DNA of 64,000 nucleotides from an uncultured Gammaproteobacteria bacterium (GTDB taxonomy: Bacteria; Patescibacteriota; Patescibacteriia; HK-STAS-PATE-3), in the NCBI GenBank assembly GCA_964637345.1, contig CAZWTD010000003.1, positions 7,678 through 71,677 of the forward strand, read 5' to 3'. This document shows, in pieces, positions 38,403 through 47,982 of the stretch; position 1 is the stretch's first letter, and every line of letters begins with the position of its first letter. A program made the translations under genes and the position numbers. Under the pieces are notes generated by a model. It was given only the letters and a program-made list of their open reading frames with translations, did no database searches and had not been told where the DNA came from.

Positions 38403-39450
38403 ACTTTTCGGCCGCTTCTCTCGCGATATGGGTATCGACCTTGGTACGTCGAACACCCTGGTTTACGTTAAGGATAAAGGAATCGTCATTAATGAACCCT
38501 CCGTCGTTGCGATGAACACGCGCACGGATCAAATTCTTGCTGTTGGTGACGAAGCTAGGAAGATGGTCGGAAAAACTCCCGGCCATATTGTTGCAACGCG
38601 GCCACTCGTCGATGGGGTCATATCGGATTTTGAAGTCACCGAGCGCATGTTAAAGTACTTCATCGAAAAGGTCCATCGAGAAAACTCAACCCTTCTCCCT
38701 CGTCCGCGCGTTGTTATTGGAATTCCTCTTGGCGTTACGGAGGTCGAACGAAAGGCCGTTGAAGACGCGAGCCTCAACGCTGGAGCCCGCGAAGTCTATC
38801 TGATTGAAGAACCGATGGCGACCGCAATTGGCTCACGGCTTCCAATCCAAGACGCGGCCGGTACTATGGTGGTCGATATTGGAGGAGGAACAACCGAAAT
38901 TGCCGTTATCGCTCTTGGTGGAGTTGTTGCCTGGAAGTCCCTTCGGATCGCCGGAGACGAACTCAATGAAAACATTGTCCAATACGCCCGCGACCACTTC
39001 AATCTTCTACTGGGAGAACGAACTGCCGAAGATGCAAAGATACAAATCGGCGCCGCAAACGAACTGGTTGAGCCTCGAGAAACGAAGGTACGGGGCCGAG
39101 ACTTAATTAGCGGATTGCCTCGAGAAATTACGATGACCAGTCAGCACGTACTTGAAGCGACAAATCGCTCGATCCGCATGGTTATTGACGCGATAAAAAC
39201 AACGATCGAAAATACCCCGCCTGAGTTGGTTGCCGACATCTACGAGCGAGGCATTATGCTCAGCGGGGGCGGCGCCTTACTCCGCGGGCTCGATCAAACC
39301 ATTCGCCGTGAAACTCGAATACCCGTACACATCGCAGACGATCCGCTGACAACGGTTGTTCGTGGCACCGGCATCGTTCTGGATGATCTTGAAACGCTCC
39401 GAAGCGTCTTGGTGTTGTCAACACAAAATGAGAACGCCTTGAACCGCTAG
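38392..39450 (+). CDS. mreB: Rod-shape protein MreB (mreBCD operon copy)
   Basis: GIDLGTSNT, PLVDGVISDF, EEPMA, VDIGGGTT; followed by mreC. Confidence 0.96.
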   Translation: MFDKLFGRFSRDMGIDLGTSNTLVYVKDKGIVINEPSVVAMNTRTDQILAVGDEARKMVGKTPGHIVATRPLVDGVISDFEVTERMLKYFIEKVHRENSTLLPRPRVVIGIPLGVTEVERKAVEDASLNAGAREVYLIEEPMATAIGSRLPIQDAAGTMVVDIGGGTTEIAVIALGGVVAWKSLRIAGDELNENIVQYARDHFNLLLGERTAEDAKIQIGAANELVEPRETKVRGRDLISGLPREITMTSQHVLEATNRSIRMVIDAIKTTIENTPPELVADIYERGIMLSGGGALLRGLDQTIRRETRIPVHIADDPLTTVVRGTGIVLDDLETLRSVLVLSTQNENALNR

Positions 39451-39454
39451 TCGC

Positions 39455-40258
39455 ATGCCGCAACGCCGCCTGTCAGCCCGATCATTCGCTCTCCTTATCG
39501 CTTCCTGCGCTGTACTCGTCTACCTCGGGACCTTGTTTGGATTTGACGGCTGGCTTCGTTCAATTAGCTCTAGTCTGCTTCGCCCGATTCAACGTGGATT
39601 CACTGTATCCGTTCATTCCATCCAAGGCTGGTTTCAGGGAGGCGCAGACAACTCCTTGGTTGATGAACTTGAAGCGCTGCGACGTGAACGCGACCAACTT
39701 CTCGTCCGTTCGGCCGAGCTTCAAACCTCCCTCGATGAAGCGCGCCAGGCTGCAAGCGAGGCGGAATACCTCGAAGAAAGAAACTTTCAATTTCAAGTTG
39801 CCCGCGCTATCGGGCGCTCCATTGATCCGAATTCTCGAACGATTACGATTGATCAAGGAAGCGCGCGTGGAATTAAGGTCGGACAGGCCGTTGTTCTGGA
39901 GTCTGGTATTCTCATCGGGAGAGTGTCAGACATTACGAATTCAACTTCTGAAGTCACCCTTATTACAGACCGTCGCAGTCGCGTGGCGGCCATGAGTCAA
40001 AATGAACGTAACTCTCCGGGCATGATCCAGGGAGAGCTCGGCTTATCGCTAAGCTTTGAGTTGGTTCCCCAAGATGAGCCCATAGCGCCTGACGACCTTA
40101 TTGTAACATCAGGTCTCGAGCCGGGAATTCCGCGCGGGCTCGTTATTGGTCGCATTACGACCGTCCATCAAGAAAAAACGGATATTTTTCAATCAGCGTC
40201 CGTGTCTTCGCCGGCACAGCTTGATCGCATGCAAATTGTGTCGGTCATTGTCCAATGA
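39455..40258 (+). CDS. mreC: Rod-shape protein MreC
   Basis: TM, coiled coil, ITIDQGS..GIKVG, VTSGL...PRGLVIG. Confidence 0.93.
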   Translation: MPQRRLSARSFALLIASCAVLVYLGTLFGFDGWLRSISSSLLRPIQRGFTVSVHSIQGWFQGGADNSLVDELEALRRERDQLLVRSAELQTSLDEARQAASEAEYLEERNFQFQVARAIGRSIDPNSRTITIDQGSARGIKVGQAVVLESGILIGRVSDITNSTSEVTLITDRRSRVAAMSQNERNSPGMIQGELGLSLSFELVPQDEPIAPDDLIVTSGLEPGIPRGLVIGRITTVHQEKTDIFQSASVSSPAQLDRMQIVSVIVQ

Positions 40259-40800
40259 CGAGCATACTAACCGCTCTCAAGGTTCTGCTCATTATTTTCG
40301 CCTATGTTTTTTCTGTGGCCGTTCTTAATGAATTACCGGGTTGGTGGCCATACCTTGAGCTCTGGCTGCTTCCAGTTTTCCTTCTAAGCTACGAACGACC
40401 GCGCCTTGCTCTCTGGCTGGCGCTTAGCCTTGGGTGGCTTGCCAATGGATACTATGCATCAGCGAACGGTTTGCCCGTATTACTCTTGCCACTCGTCGCG
40501 GCAATTCTCGTTTTTGTCCACGCGAACTGGAAGACCCACCGCCCCATGCTCCGCGTTGTAGGCACGCTTCTCCTTGGAACATTTCTCTACCATTTTCTTG
40601 GACTGGCGTACGAGTTTATTGCTAGCGTTATCCTCGGGTCTGAATTACTCCCGGCCAGAGCGCTTGATGTCGTTTCCTCAATACCAAAATTTTTACTCAT
40701 GAATCTTGCTGGCGGAATCCTGCTTCAGTCTTTCGTGCGAAAAGTTTTTCAGGATGAAGAACCAAGTCACTATGGCTCGCGATCCCCAATATTCTCATAA
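40255..40800 (+). CDS. mreD: Putative MreD (divergent)
   Basis: Small protein with about 5 TM helices between mreC and mrdA; assigned by position. Confidence 0.6.
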   Translation: MTSILTALKVLLIIFAYVFSVAVLNELPGWWPYLELWLLPVFLLSYERPRLALWLALSLGWLANGYYASANGLPVLLLPLVAAILVFVHANWKTHRPMLRVVGTLLLGTFLYHFLGLAYEFIASVILGSELLPARALDVVSSIPKFLLMNLAGGILLQSFVRKVFQDEEPSHYGSRSPIFS

Positions 40801-42715
40801 TCCCTTTCTCGATGCTCCGAGAAGCGACCGCCGTTTCGGTTCGGTTCGCCGATCTATGCGTGGCGCCGTCGTTTTCGACGGCGCGCCAATTCGAGATCCA
40901 AAAACTGACGCCGGGGCAACGCCGCATCTGTCTTCGCGACTTTTTGCGTGGATGACCCTTCTTGCCTGCCTCTTCCTAACTGGCCGTGCTTTTTTCCTCC
41001 AGGTTGTCCAGGGAGCCGAACGTCTCGACCAAGCGGAACACAACCGCATCCGCCGAGAAATCGAGCCGGCAATGCGAGGTATATTCTACGATAGAAATAA
41101 TGAGCCGCTCGTAAAAAACATCCCAAACTTTACGGTTTCTGTGTTACCGTATCTCCTCCCGAAAGAGGGCGAGGAGGAAAAGGAGCTTATCAACCGTCTC
41201 TGCCAAATTCTTGGGGTCTCGAGCGAAGAAACCTTGCGCGCAATTCATGAAGCCGGCGAGAATTCTCGAAACCTTGTTCTCGTCGCTGAGCACGTCTCAA
41301 CGAATAACGCGATTCTTCTGAGTACACAAATTGATTCCTACCCGGGAATCTCGCTTCAAACTGTAGCCGTTCGTGACTATTTCGACGGCCCCGCTATTTC
41401 GCAGGTTCTTGGGTACGTTGGGCGCGTTACCGATCGCGACCTGAGCGAGCACGCAGGGGAATACTCACGAATCGACTATATCGGTAAAACCGGACTGGAG
41501 TATAGCTACGAATCGCGTCTTCGCGGAGTTCAGGGCTACCGCGACGTCGAGCGAGATCATCTTAATCGAGAGAAGCGAGTTATCGCCAATGTCCCGTCTA
41601 TCCCGGGAACGAACCTTCAAACCACAATTGATCGCCGCGTACAAAACGCCTTGGCCGGAGCCTTAGCTGAGGTGATACAACGGACCGGTGCGCCCGGCGG
41701 GGCAGCGGTTGCTCTAGACCCGCGAGATGGGGGAGTGCTTGCTCTTGTGAGTGCCCCGAGCTTCGACAGCAACGCTTTTGTTCAGGGCTTAAGCTCAGAA
41801 GAGTATCAAGGGCTTCTGAATGACCCAACGAAACCATTCTTAAACCGGGCGATTACCGGAACCTATCCTTCTGGATCGACAATAAAGCCGCTGGTTGCTT
41901 CTGCTGCGCTTCAGGAACACATAGTTACCCCGAGCACCATTATTCAAAGCTCGGGCGGCATCCGAATTGACCAGTGGTACTTTCCTGACTGGAAAGCGGG
42001 AGGTCATGGCCCAACAAATGTAGCGAAAGCTCTAGCAGAGTCCGTCAACACCTATTTCTACTCCGTGGGCGGAGGAACTGATACCATGGACGGACTGGGT
42101 GTCGACCGCCTCAATCGCTACATGAAGTTGTTTGGGCTCGATGCAAGGCTCGGCATTGACCTTCCGAACGAGCAAGCGGGATTTCTTCCTTCAAAAGAAT
42201 GGAAACGAGAGGTGAAGAACGAACCTTGGTATATTGGCGACACCTACCATTACGCGATCGGTCAAGGCGATGTACTCGTTACGCCCCTCCAAATTGCCAA
42301 CGCAACAGCCGCGATAGCGAATGGCGGTACGCTTTACCAGCCGCACATAGCGCGAACCTGGCTCGACTCCTCGCTTCAGCCTATCGAAGGTATTCAGCCA
42401 AAAATTCTTCGGGATAACTTTATCCAGACGGAACACCTCGCAGCGGTTCGCCAGGGCTTGCGACAAGCGGTAACTGATGGAAGTGCTCGCGCCTTAGGCT
42501 CTTTTCCAATTCCCATTGCAGCGAAAACTGGTACTGCCGAAATCGGGGAAACTAAAAAAACCCATGCTTGGTTTACATCGTTCGCCCCCTACGATGCGCC
42601 GGAGATTGTTATTACCGTCATTGTAGAACAGGGCGGCGAAGGGCACGCAGCGGCTCTCCCGGTAGCGGCTGCGGGGTACCGGGCATACTTTGGCCTTGAT
42701 TCCCAGAACCCTTGA
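40772..42715 (+). CDS. mrdA: Penicillin-binding protein 2
   Basis: RGIFYDRN, GKTGLE, SxxK (GSTIK), SxN (SVN), KTG (KTGTAE). Confidence 0.95.
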   Translation: MARDPQYSHNPFLDAPRSDRRFGSVRRSMRGAVVFDGAPIRDPKTDAGATPHLSSRLFAWMTLLACLFLTGRAFFLQVVQGAERLDQAEHNRIRREIEPAMRGIFYDRNNEPLVKNIPNFTVSVLPYLLPKEGEEEKELINRLCQILGVSSEETLRAIHEAGENSRNLVLVAEHVSTNNAILLSTQIDSYPGISLQTVAVRDYFDGPAISQVLGYVGRVTDRDLSEHAGEYSRIDYIGKTGLEYSYESRLRGVQGYRDVERDHLNREKRVIANVPSIPGTNLQTTIDRRVQNALAGALAEVIQRTGAPGGAAVALDPRDGGVLALVSAPSFDSNAFVQGLSSEEYQGLLNDPTKPFLNRAITGTYPSGSTIKPLVASAALQEHIVTPSTIIQSSGGIRIDQWYFPDWKAGGHGPTNVAKALAESVNTYFYSVGGGTDTMDGLGVDRLNRYMKLFGLDARLGIDLPNEQAGFLPSKEWKREVKNEPWYIGDTYHYAIGQGDVLVTPLQIANATAAIANGGTLYQPHIARTWLDSSLQPIEGIQPKILRDNFIQTEHLAAVRQGLRQAVTDGSARALGSFPIPIAAKTGTAEIGETKKTHAWFTSFAPYDAPEIVITVIVEQGGEGHAAALPVAAAGYRAYFGLDSQNP

Positions 42716-42740
42716 CGTTATTTCGCTACAGCGGTAGAAT
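42712..42740 (+). promoter_or_regulatory. Promoter for greA
   Basis: TTGACG-17 bp-TAGAAT. Confidence 0.7.
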
Positions 42741-42790
42741 CCGGGACGCAGTATTTTGTTCTGCTCCATTTTTTTGCACGATCGACTGAT

Positions 42791-43255
42791 ATGAATACCC
42801 CTACCTATTTAACCAAAGACGGACTGCTTAAGGTTCAAGAAGAGCTCGAGCAGCTAAAAACGAAAAAACGCAAGGAAATTGCTTGGCGTATCCAAGAAGC
42901 AAAAGAGCTTGGCGACTTGTCGGAAAACGCTGAATACACTGAAGCGAAAAATGAGCAGGCGTTTATTGAAGGTAGAATCGCCGAACTTGACCTCATTCTC
43001 AAGAACACAGTATTGATCGACGAAACAACGCCGCGAGATACCGTCTCAATCGGCACTACGGTGGTTGTTGAGTTTGACGATCAACGACGCCAGTCGTACA
43101 CCATTGTCGGATCGAATGAAGTTGATCCAGCGCTTGGTAAAATTTCGAACGAGTCTCCCTTAGGTAAGGCCTTCCTGGGCCATAAGGTTGGGGAAACGGT
43201 AACAATTACCGTTCCCAAGGGATCGGCCACGGTTCGCATTCTTACGATTGAATAG
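42791..43255 (+). CDS. greA: Transcription elongation factor GreA
   Basis: GDLSENAEY, ISNESPLGKA. Confidence 0.98.
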   Translation: MNTPTYLTKDGLLKVQEELEQLKTKKRKEIAWRIQEAKELGDLSENAEYTEAKNEQAFIEGRIAELDLILKNTVLIDETTPRDTVSIGTTVVVEFDDQRRQSYTIVGSNEVDPALGKISNESPLGKAFLGHKVGETVTITVPKGSATVRILTIE

Positions 43256-43269
43256 CGGCTTTTGTTTAG

Positions 43270-43298
43270 TTGCCGGACCCCTCTCCGCGTGCTAAACT
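43270..43298 (+). promoter_or_regulatory. Putative promoter for serS-alr
   Basis: TTGCCG-17 bp-TAAACT with extended TG. Confidence 0.55.
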
Positions 43299-43326
43299 CG
43301 GGAGGCTTTTGACTTCGTTTTCTCGT

Positions 43327-44601
43327 ATGCTTGATCGAAAATTCATCCAGCAACATCCTGACCGGGTTGAAGCAGCGCTCCGAGAGAAGGGAATTTCCTT
43401 CGACCTCAAGGCTTTTCTCAACGACCTTGAAGAGCAGCGCAGCCTGAAGATACAGCTTGAGGAGCTCAACGCTGAACGAAACACACTCAGCAAAGGCGGG
43501 AAGCCAGCTGATCCTGAGCGAGCTCGAGCCGTGAAGGACAAACACCGAGAAGTCAAACTCGCTTTCGACCGTCTTGATGAGAATATTCGAGCGAACGAAC
43601 TTCGCATTCCCAATCTCCCCTGGGACGGCGCGCCCAAAGGTCAGGACGCTAGTGCGAACAGGGTTATTCGAGAAGTAGGGAAGCCGAAACACTTCTCTTT
43701 TCCTCCAAAAAATCATATCGAGCTCGGACAGGCACTTCAGCTACTTGATCTCGAGCGCGGAGCTCAAACCTCAGGCTTCCGTGGCTACTATCTAAAAAAC
43801 GAAGCGGTTCTCCTACAGCTCGGTTTACTGTCTTTGGCTGTGCAACGGCTCCAGCGAGCAGGGTTTAGCTTAATGGTCCCTCCCGCGCTCGTTCGAGAGT
43901 TCGCGCTCATTGGGAGTGGACATCTTCCCTTTGGGCGCGATGAAGTGTATCAACTTACAACGACGAAGCACGAAAACGACGGACTCCAATTCCTCGCCGG
44001 AACATCAGAGCCCTCTCTCTTAGCCTATTACGCGAACACGACACTCGACGCATCACAACTTCCCATACGGCTATGCGGGATCTCGCCGTGCTTTCGTTCA
44101 GAAATCGGTAGCTACGGAAAAGACACGAAAGGCCTCTACCGTGTTCATGAATTCATGAAGGTTGAGCAGGTTGTCTTATCGGCCCCAAACCTCGAAGGTT
44201 CAAACGCCCTGTTTGACGAAATGCTCGGCCACGCAGAGTCGCTCCTCAACGACCTTGAGTTGCCGTATCGGCTCATTGAAACGTCAACCGGAGACATGGG
44301 CGCTGGCAAATACCGAATGGTTGATATTGAAACGTGGATGCCGGGCCGAAATGGGTACGGCGAAACCCACTCGAATTCGCACTTGACCGATTGGCAGGCT
44401 CGCCGCCTGGCCATTCGCACGAGGGGAGGGGAGTCCGCTCAAGAAACGGCTTTCGTCCACACCCTCAACAACACCATGATCGCCTCGCCGCGAATTCTCA
44501 TTGCCATCCTCGAGAACTACCAACGGGCCGATGGGACGATTGATGTTCCTCATCTTCTTCAACCCTTTGTCGGGAAAAAACGCATTTCAGGTGCAGCATG
44601 A
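43327..44601 (+). CDS. serS: Serine--tRNA ligase
   Basis: MLDRKFI, IPNLP, GTSE, CFRSE.GSYGKDTKGLYRVHEFMKVE, HTLNNT. Confidence 0.97.
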   Translation: MLDRKFIQQHPDRVEAALREKGISFDLKAFLNDLEEQRSLKIQLEELNAERNTLSKGGKPADPERARAVKDKHREVKLAFDRLDENIRANELRIPNLPWDGAPKGQDASANRVIREVGKPKHFSFPPKNHIELGQALQLLDLERGAQTSGFRGYYLKNEAVLLQLGLLSLAVQRLQRAGFSLMVPPALVREFALIGSGHLPFGRDEVYQLTTTKHENDGLQFLAGTSEPSLLAYYANTTLDASQLPIRLCGISPCFRSEIGSYGKDTKGLYRVHEFMKVEQVVLSAPNLEGSNALFDEMLGHAESLLNDLELPYRLIETSTGDMGAGKYRMVDIETWMPGRNGYGETHSNSHLTDWQARRLAIRTRGGESAQETAFVHTLNNTMIASPRILIAILENYQRADGTIDVPHLLQPFVGKKRISGAA

Positions 44602-45725
44602 AGGAACCGCTAACCTGGCTTGAGATAAGCCGGGGAGCCCTTCGAGCAAACGCTCGGGCCTTTCGGCAACTCGTCGGGCGAAAAACACACGTCATGGCAG
44701 TTGTGAAAAGCAACGCCTACGGACACGGAGTAGAGCAGGTTGTCGACTCCCTCAAAGGTTACGTTGATTGGTTTGGTGTTGCGAATCTCACGGAAGCCCT
44801 TGAACTCCGAACTCACGATCGTTTTACCCCGATCCTTGTTTTAAGTTACTGGACCCCCGACCAGTGGCAACTGGCGGCGCAACACGCTATCGAGCTTGGC
44901 CTCTATTCGCTTGACCAAGTCCGAAGCTTATCCCGACTCATGCGGAACAGTCGAAAAACGATTCGCTGCCAACTAAAGCTCGATGTCGGAACCTCGCGTG
45001 TTGGACTTTCTGAATCCGACCTGGGTCAAGCCTGCACTATTCTCAAGCGCAACCCGCGAATACGCATTACCGGAGCCTACTCTCACTTTGCTGACGCGGA
45101 AAATACAGATCAGCATTTTACCAATCTCCAGCTTCGAACCTTTACCTCACGCGTTGCTTTTCTTGAATCGCAACTAGGGCCGATTCCGCATACGCATATT
45201 GCCTGTACTGCCGCCGCATTAATGAACGAGAGGTCCCGGCTTGGGATGGTGCGAATTGGAATAGGGATCTATGGGATCTGGCCAGACCAGTCTGTGCAAA
45301 GATGGATGCAACGACAAGCGCTCCGCTTTACCCTCACGCCGGCGCTGAGTTGGAAAACCCGGCTTATCCAGGTCAAAAGCCTAACTGCTGGAACAACAAT
45401 TGGCTACGGCCGAAGCCACCGTCTGAAAAGACAAACTGTCGTGGGGATCTTGCCCATTGGCTATAACGAAGGGTTCGACCGGCGTTTTTCTAATCTTGGT
45501 CAGGTTATTGTGAATAAAAAACGCGTTCCTGTTTTAGGCCGCGTATGTATGAACCTTACCATGGTGGGAGTAGGGGAGGGGGCTCGACCCGGTGACGAGG
45601 TGACGCTTCTCGGGGGAGACGCAAAAAAGAGAAGCGCGGAAGAAGCGGCGGCGGAAATTGGAACAATTGCCTACGAACTTGTTACCCGCATTCCGGCTTC
45701 ACTCCCGCGCCGGCTTGTGCCATAA
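44598..45725 (+). CDS. alr: Alanine racemase
   Basis: AVVKSNAYGHG (PLP lysine), SHF, IGYG, GRVCMN, GTIAYE. Confidence 0.97.
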   Translation: MKEPLTWLEISRGALRANARAFRQLVGRKTHVMAVVKSNAYGHGVEQVVDSLKGYVDWFGVANLTEALELRTHDRFTPILVLSYWTPDQWQLAAQHAIELGLYSLDQVRSLSRLMRNSRKTIRCQLKLDVGTSRVGLSESDLGQACTILKRNPRIRITGAYSHFADAENTDQHFTNLQLRTFTSRVAFLESQLGPIPHTHIACTAAALMNERSRLGMVRIGIGIYGIWPDQSVQRWMQRQALRFTLTPALSWKTRLIQVKSLTAGTTIGYGRSHRLKRQTVVGILPIGYNEGFDRRFSNLGQVIVNKKRVPVLGRVCMNLTMVGVGEGARPGDEVTLLGGDAKKRSAEEAAAEIGTIAYELVTRIPASLPRRLVP

Positions 45726-45726
45726 T
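45698..45726 (+). promoter_or_regulatory. Putative leaderless promoter for ddl
   Basis: TTCACT-17 bp-CATAAT with extended TG, 6 nt before GTG 45733. Confidence 0.5.
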
Positions 45727-45732
45727 GAGGTC

Positions 45733-46854
45733 GTGAAACCACGGAAACGAAAACTACGCGTTGGCCTTCTGTTTGGCGGTCGCTCGGCTGAACATGAGGT
45801 TTCGGTTGCTTCAGCTCGAGCCGTTTATGAGGCTCTTGATCGTCGAAAATACGAGGTTGCGCTGATCGGAATTTCTCGCTCTGGTCGCTGGATGCTTGGA
45901 TCAGCCGATCGGCTTCTTTCGCTTGGTACGCTTCCTAATCGCGCAACAGTAACGCTCTTGCCCGATCCGACGACCCGAGGGTTGACCGGACTTGCGAAAT
46001 TACAAGCCGGGCCTCGCCTTGATGTTATTCTCCCGATTCTCCACGGCACATACGGCGAGGACGGAACGATTCAAGGACTATTTGACCTCGCCGCAATTCC
46101 CTATGTCGGCTCAGGCGTACTTGGTTCGTCTGTCGGAATGGACAAGGTCCTTCAAAAACAGCTTTTCAGGGCAAGCGGGCTCCCAGTTGCCCCCTTCATC
46201 TGGTTTCGGGAATACGAATGGGAACGTAAACCTAAAGATATTTTGCGTCAAATCACGTCACAACTCCGTGCTCCGTATTTTGTAAAACCGGTGAACGCTG
46301 GATCCTCAATTGGCATCACGAAGGTATCTCAAGCCTCTGGACTAGCTTCTGCGATTCGTACTGCGCTGATCTATGATGAAAAAATTATTGTGGAAAGCGG
46401 AATTCCTCGCCCACGAGAATTTGACTGTGCGATCCTCGGTAATGACGCTCCGATTGCTTCGGGGGTTGCTGAAATCATTCCCAAGGCCGATTTCTACGAT
46501 TACCAGGCGAAATACGCTGACAATGCCACAGAAATTCTTATCCCCGCAACAATTACAGTAAAACTACGACGCGAAATTCAACAATTATCGCTCGAAGCAT
46601 TTCGCATCGTGAACGCCTATGGACTCGCGCGCGTTGAATTTCTCTACGGCCAGGGCAAACTTTACCTAAGCGAGGTGAATACGCTACCGGGATTTACGAG
46701 TCACAGTATTTATCCACGGCTCTGGGCGGCTGAAGGTTTAACGTATAGCGCGCTCCTTGACCGACTTATTCAACTTGCCCTGGAACGAGCGGCACGGCGT
46801 GGTCGCAGATCAGTAGACTATCGACCACGTCATTCTGATCAAGCGCGGTCATGA
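45733..46854 (+). CDS. ddl: D-Ala--D-Ala ligase
   Basis: GGRSAEHEVS, LHGTYGEDG, GSSIG, FYDYQAKY, EVNTLPGFT. Confidence 0.97.
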   Translation: MKPRKRKLRVGLLFGGRSAEHEVSVASARAVYEALDRRKYEVALIGISRSGRWMLGSADRLLSLGTLPNRATVTLLPDPTTRGLTGLAKLQAGPRLDVILPILHGTYGEDGTIQGLFDLAAIPYVGSGVLGSSVGMDKVLQKQLFRASGLPVAPFIWFREYEWERKPKDILRQITSQLRAPYFVKPVNAGSSIGITKVSQASGLASAIRTALIYDEKIIVESGIPRPREFDCAILGNDAPIASGVAEIIPKADFYDYQAKYADNATEILIPATITVKLRREIQQLSLEAFRIVNAYGLARVEFLYGQGKLYLSEVNTLPGFTSHSIYPRLWAAEGLTYSALLDRLIQLALERAARRGRRSVDYRPRHSDQARS

Positions 46855-47867
46855 AGCTTGCGTTCCGCCGTCGAAGACGCCGCCTTCCCGAATCCCGCGA
46901 AACGCTAAGTCGACGGAATCCATACTTTCCTGGTGGAGCGGAGCAGGGGAGAGCTCGCTTTCGTTACCGCCTTTATCTCCTTGAGCTCACGGGAGTCTTC
47001 GTTCTCCTGGCGTATCTTATTCTGTACTCTCCATTATTTCGTATTCGCGAAGTTCAAGTCTACGCCGGGGAATTTAGCGCCTCAACCCTAGCAGCGCGCG
47101 TGAATGATCTTGTGCAGCGTCGCCGAACGCTCGGAATATTTCCCGTTGGGAACTATTTGCTTCTGCGTCCGTCGTGGCTGAGTCGAGAAATTCAAATTGC
47201 ATATCAAGACTCCATTTCTTTTAAAACGATTCGAGTAACCAAAGTTTTCCCGAACATCATTCACGTCACCGTAGAAGAACGCGGGCCGAGTTTTCTTTGG
47301 AAGCAAGGAAACGACATTTTTGGAGTTGACGAAGAGGGGACAGCAATTCGAAAATACGGTCCTGAAGAAGAAATTCCGAACCTTGTCCAACTGATCAATG
47401 ACAACGAGCAGGAATTAACGCTTGGGTCAGTCCTTGTCCGATCGGATATTCCTCAACTCCTAGAACAGATAAAGAACAGCGTAGAATCAATTGGTTATTC
47501 CGTAAGCGCTATTCACATTCCCACGTTTTCTTGCCTTGAGCGCACACCTACTCCGATTGAAGAAAATGCCGAGGCCCTAGATTCGCCTAGGACGAATACA
47601 AACGTATCAGGATACCTTGAGAATGCGAATAAAACCTCGGCTGATTCCAATACCGGGATAGAGAGCACGTGCTCCATCCAAGCCCTGGTTCAGGAGGCCC
47701 AAGAACTTCACGTAGAGCTTACGGACGCCGCGAAGATCCTTCTTGTGCCAAACGAACTCGACGCACAACTTGAAAAACTTCGCCGTGCTGTTCAGGATGC
47801 AAAATTAGACCTTAAACGGCTCTCATACGTTGATCTACGCTTCGGGGAGAGGGTTTACTATAAATAG
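46851..47867 (+). CDS. ftsQ: FtsQ/DivIB-like cell division protein
   Basis: Basic N-terminus, TM, SPLFRIREV, KVFPNIIHVTVEER (POTRA end), C-terminal YVDLRFGERVYYK; follows ddl. Confidence 0.8.
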   Translation: MKLAFRRRRRRLPESRETLSRRNPYFPGGAEQGRARFRYRLYLLELTGVFVLLAYLILYSPLFRIREVQVYAGEFSASTLAARVNDLVQRRRTLGIFPVGNYLLLRPSWLSREIQIAYQDSISFKTIRVTKVFPNIIHVTVEERGPSFLWKQGNDIFGVDEEGTAIRKYGPEEEIPNLVQLINDNEQELTLGSVLVRSDIPQLLEQIKNSVESIGYSVSAIHIPTFSCLERTPTPIEENAEALDSPRTNTNVSGYLENANKTSADSNTGIESTCSIQALVQEAQELHVELTDAAKILLVPNELDAQLEKLRRAVQDAKLDLKRLSYVDLRFGERVYYK

Positions 47868-47923
47868 AGATACGAAGGCCTATAAAGCAAAATAGGGCCT
47901 AATTCCGTATAGGAAACCCTTTT

Positions 47924-47951
47924 GCGACGTAGAAGATATATTGTGCGACTC
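47924..47951. other. Candidate dif (Xer recombination) site GCGACGTAGAA-GATATA-TTGTGCGACTC
   Basis: 11-6-11 pseudo-palindrome (arms 7/11 symmetric) in a convergent intergenic gap; core TAGAA.ATATATT.TG resembles the B. subtilis dif core TAGAATATATATTATG. Confidence 0.6.
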
Positions 47952-47982
47952 ATAAGCAAGTACGACGAAAGCTCTCCCCTGG

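Noticed and set aside
32269-43716. Longer antisense ORFs such as 32269-32832 (187 aa) and 43081-43716 (211 aa)
   Set aside because: They shadow confidently identified genes, carry no recognisable motifs, and are expected at this base composition.
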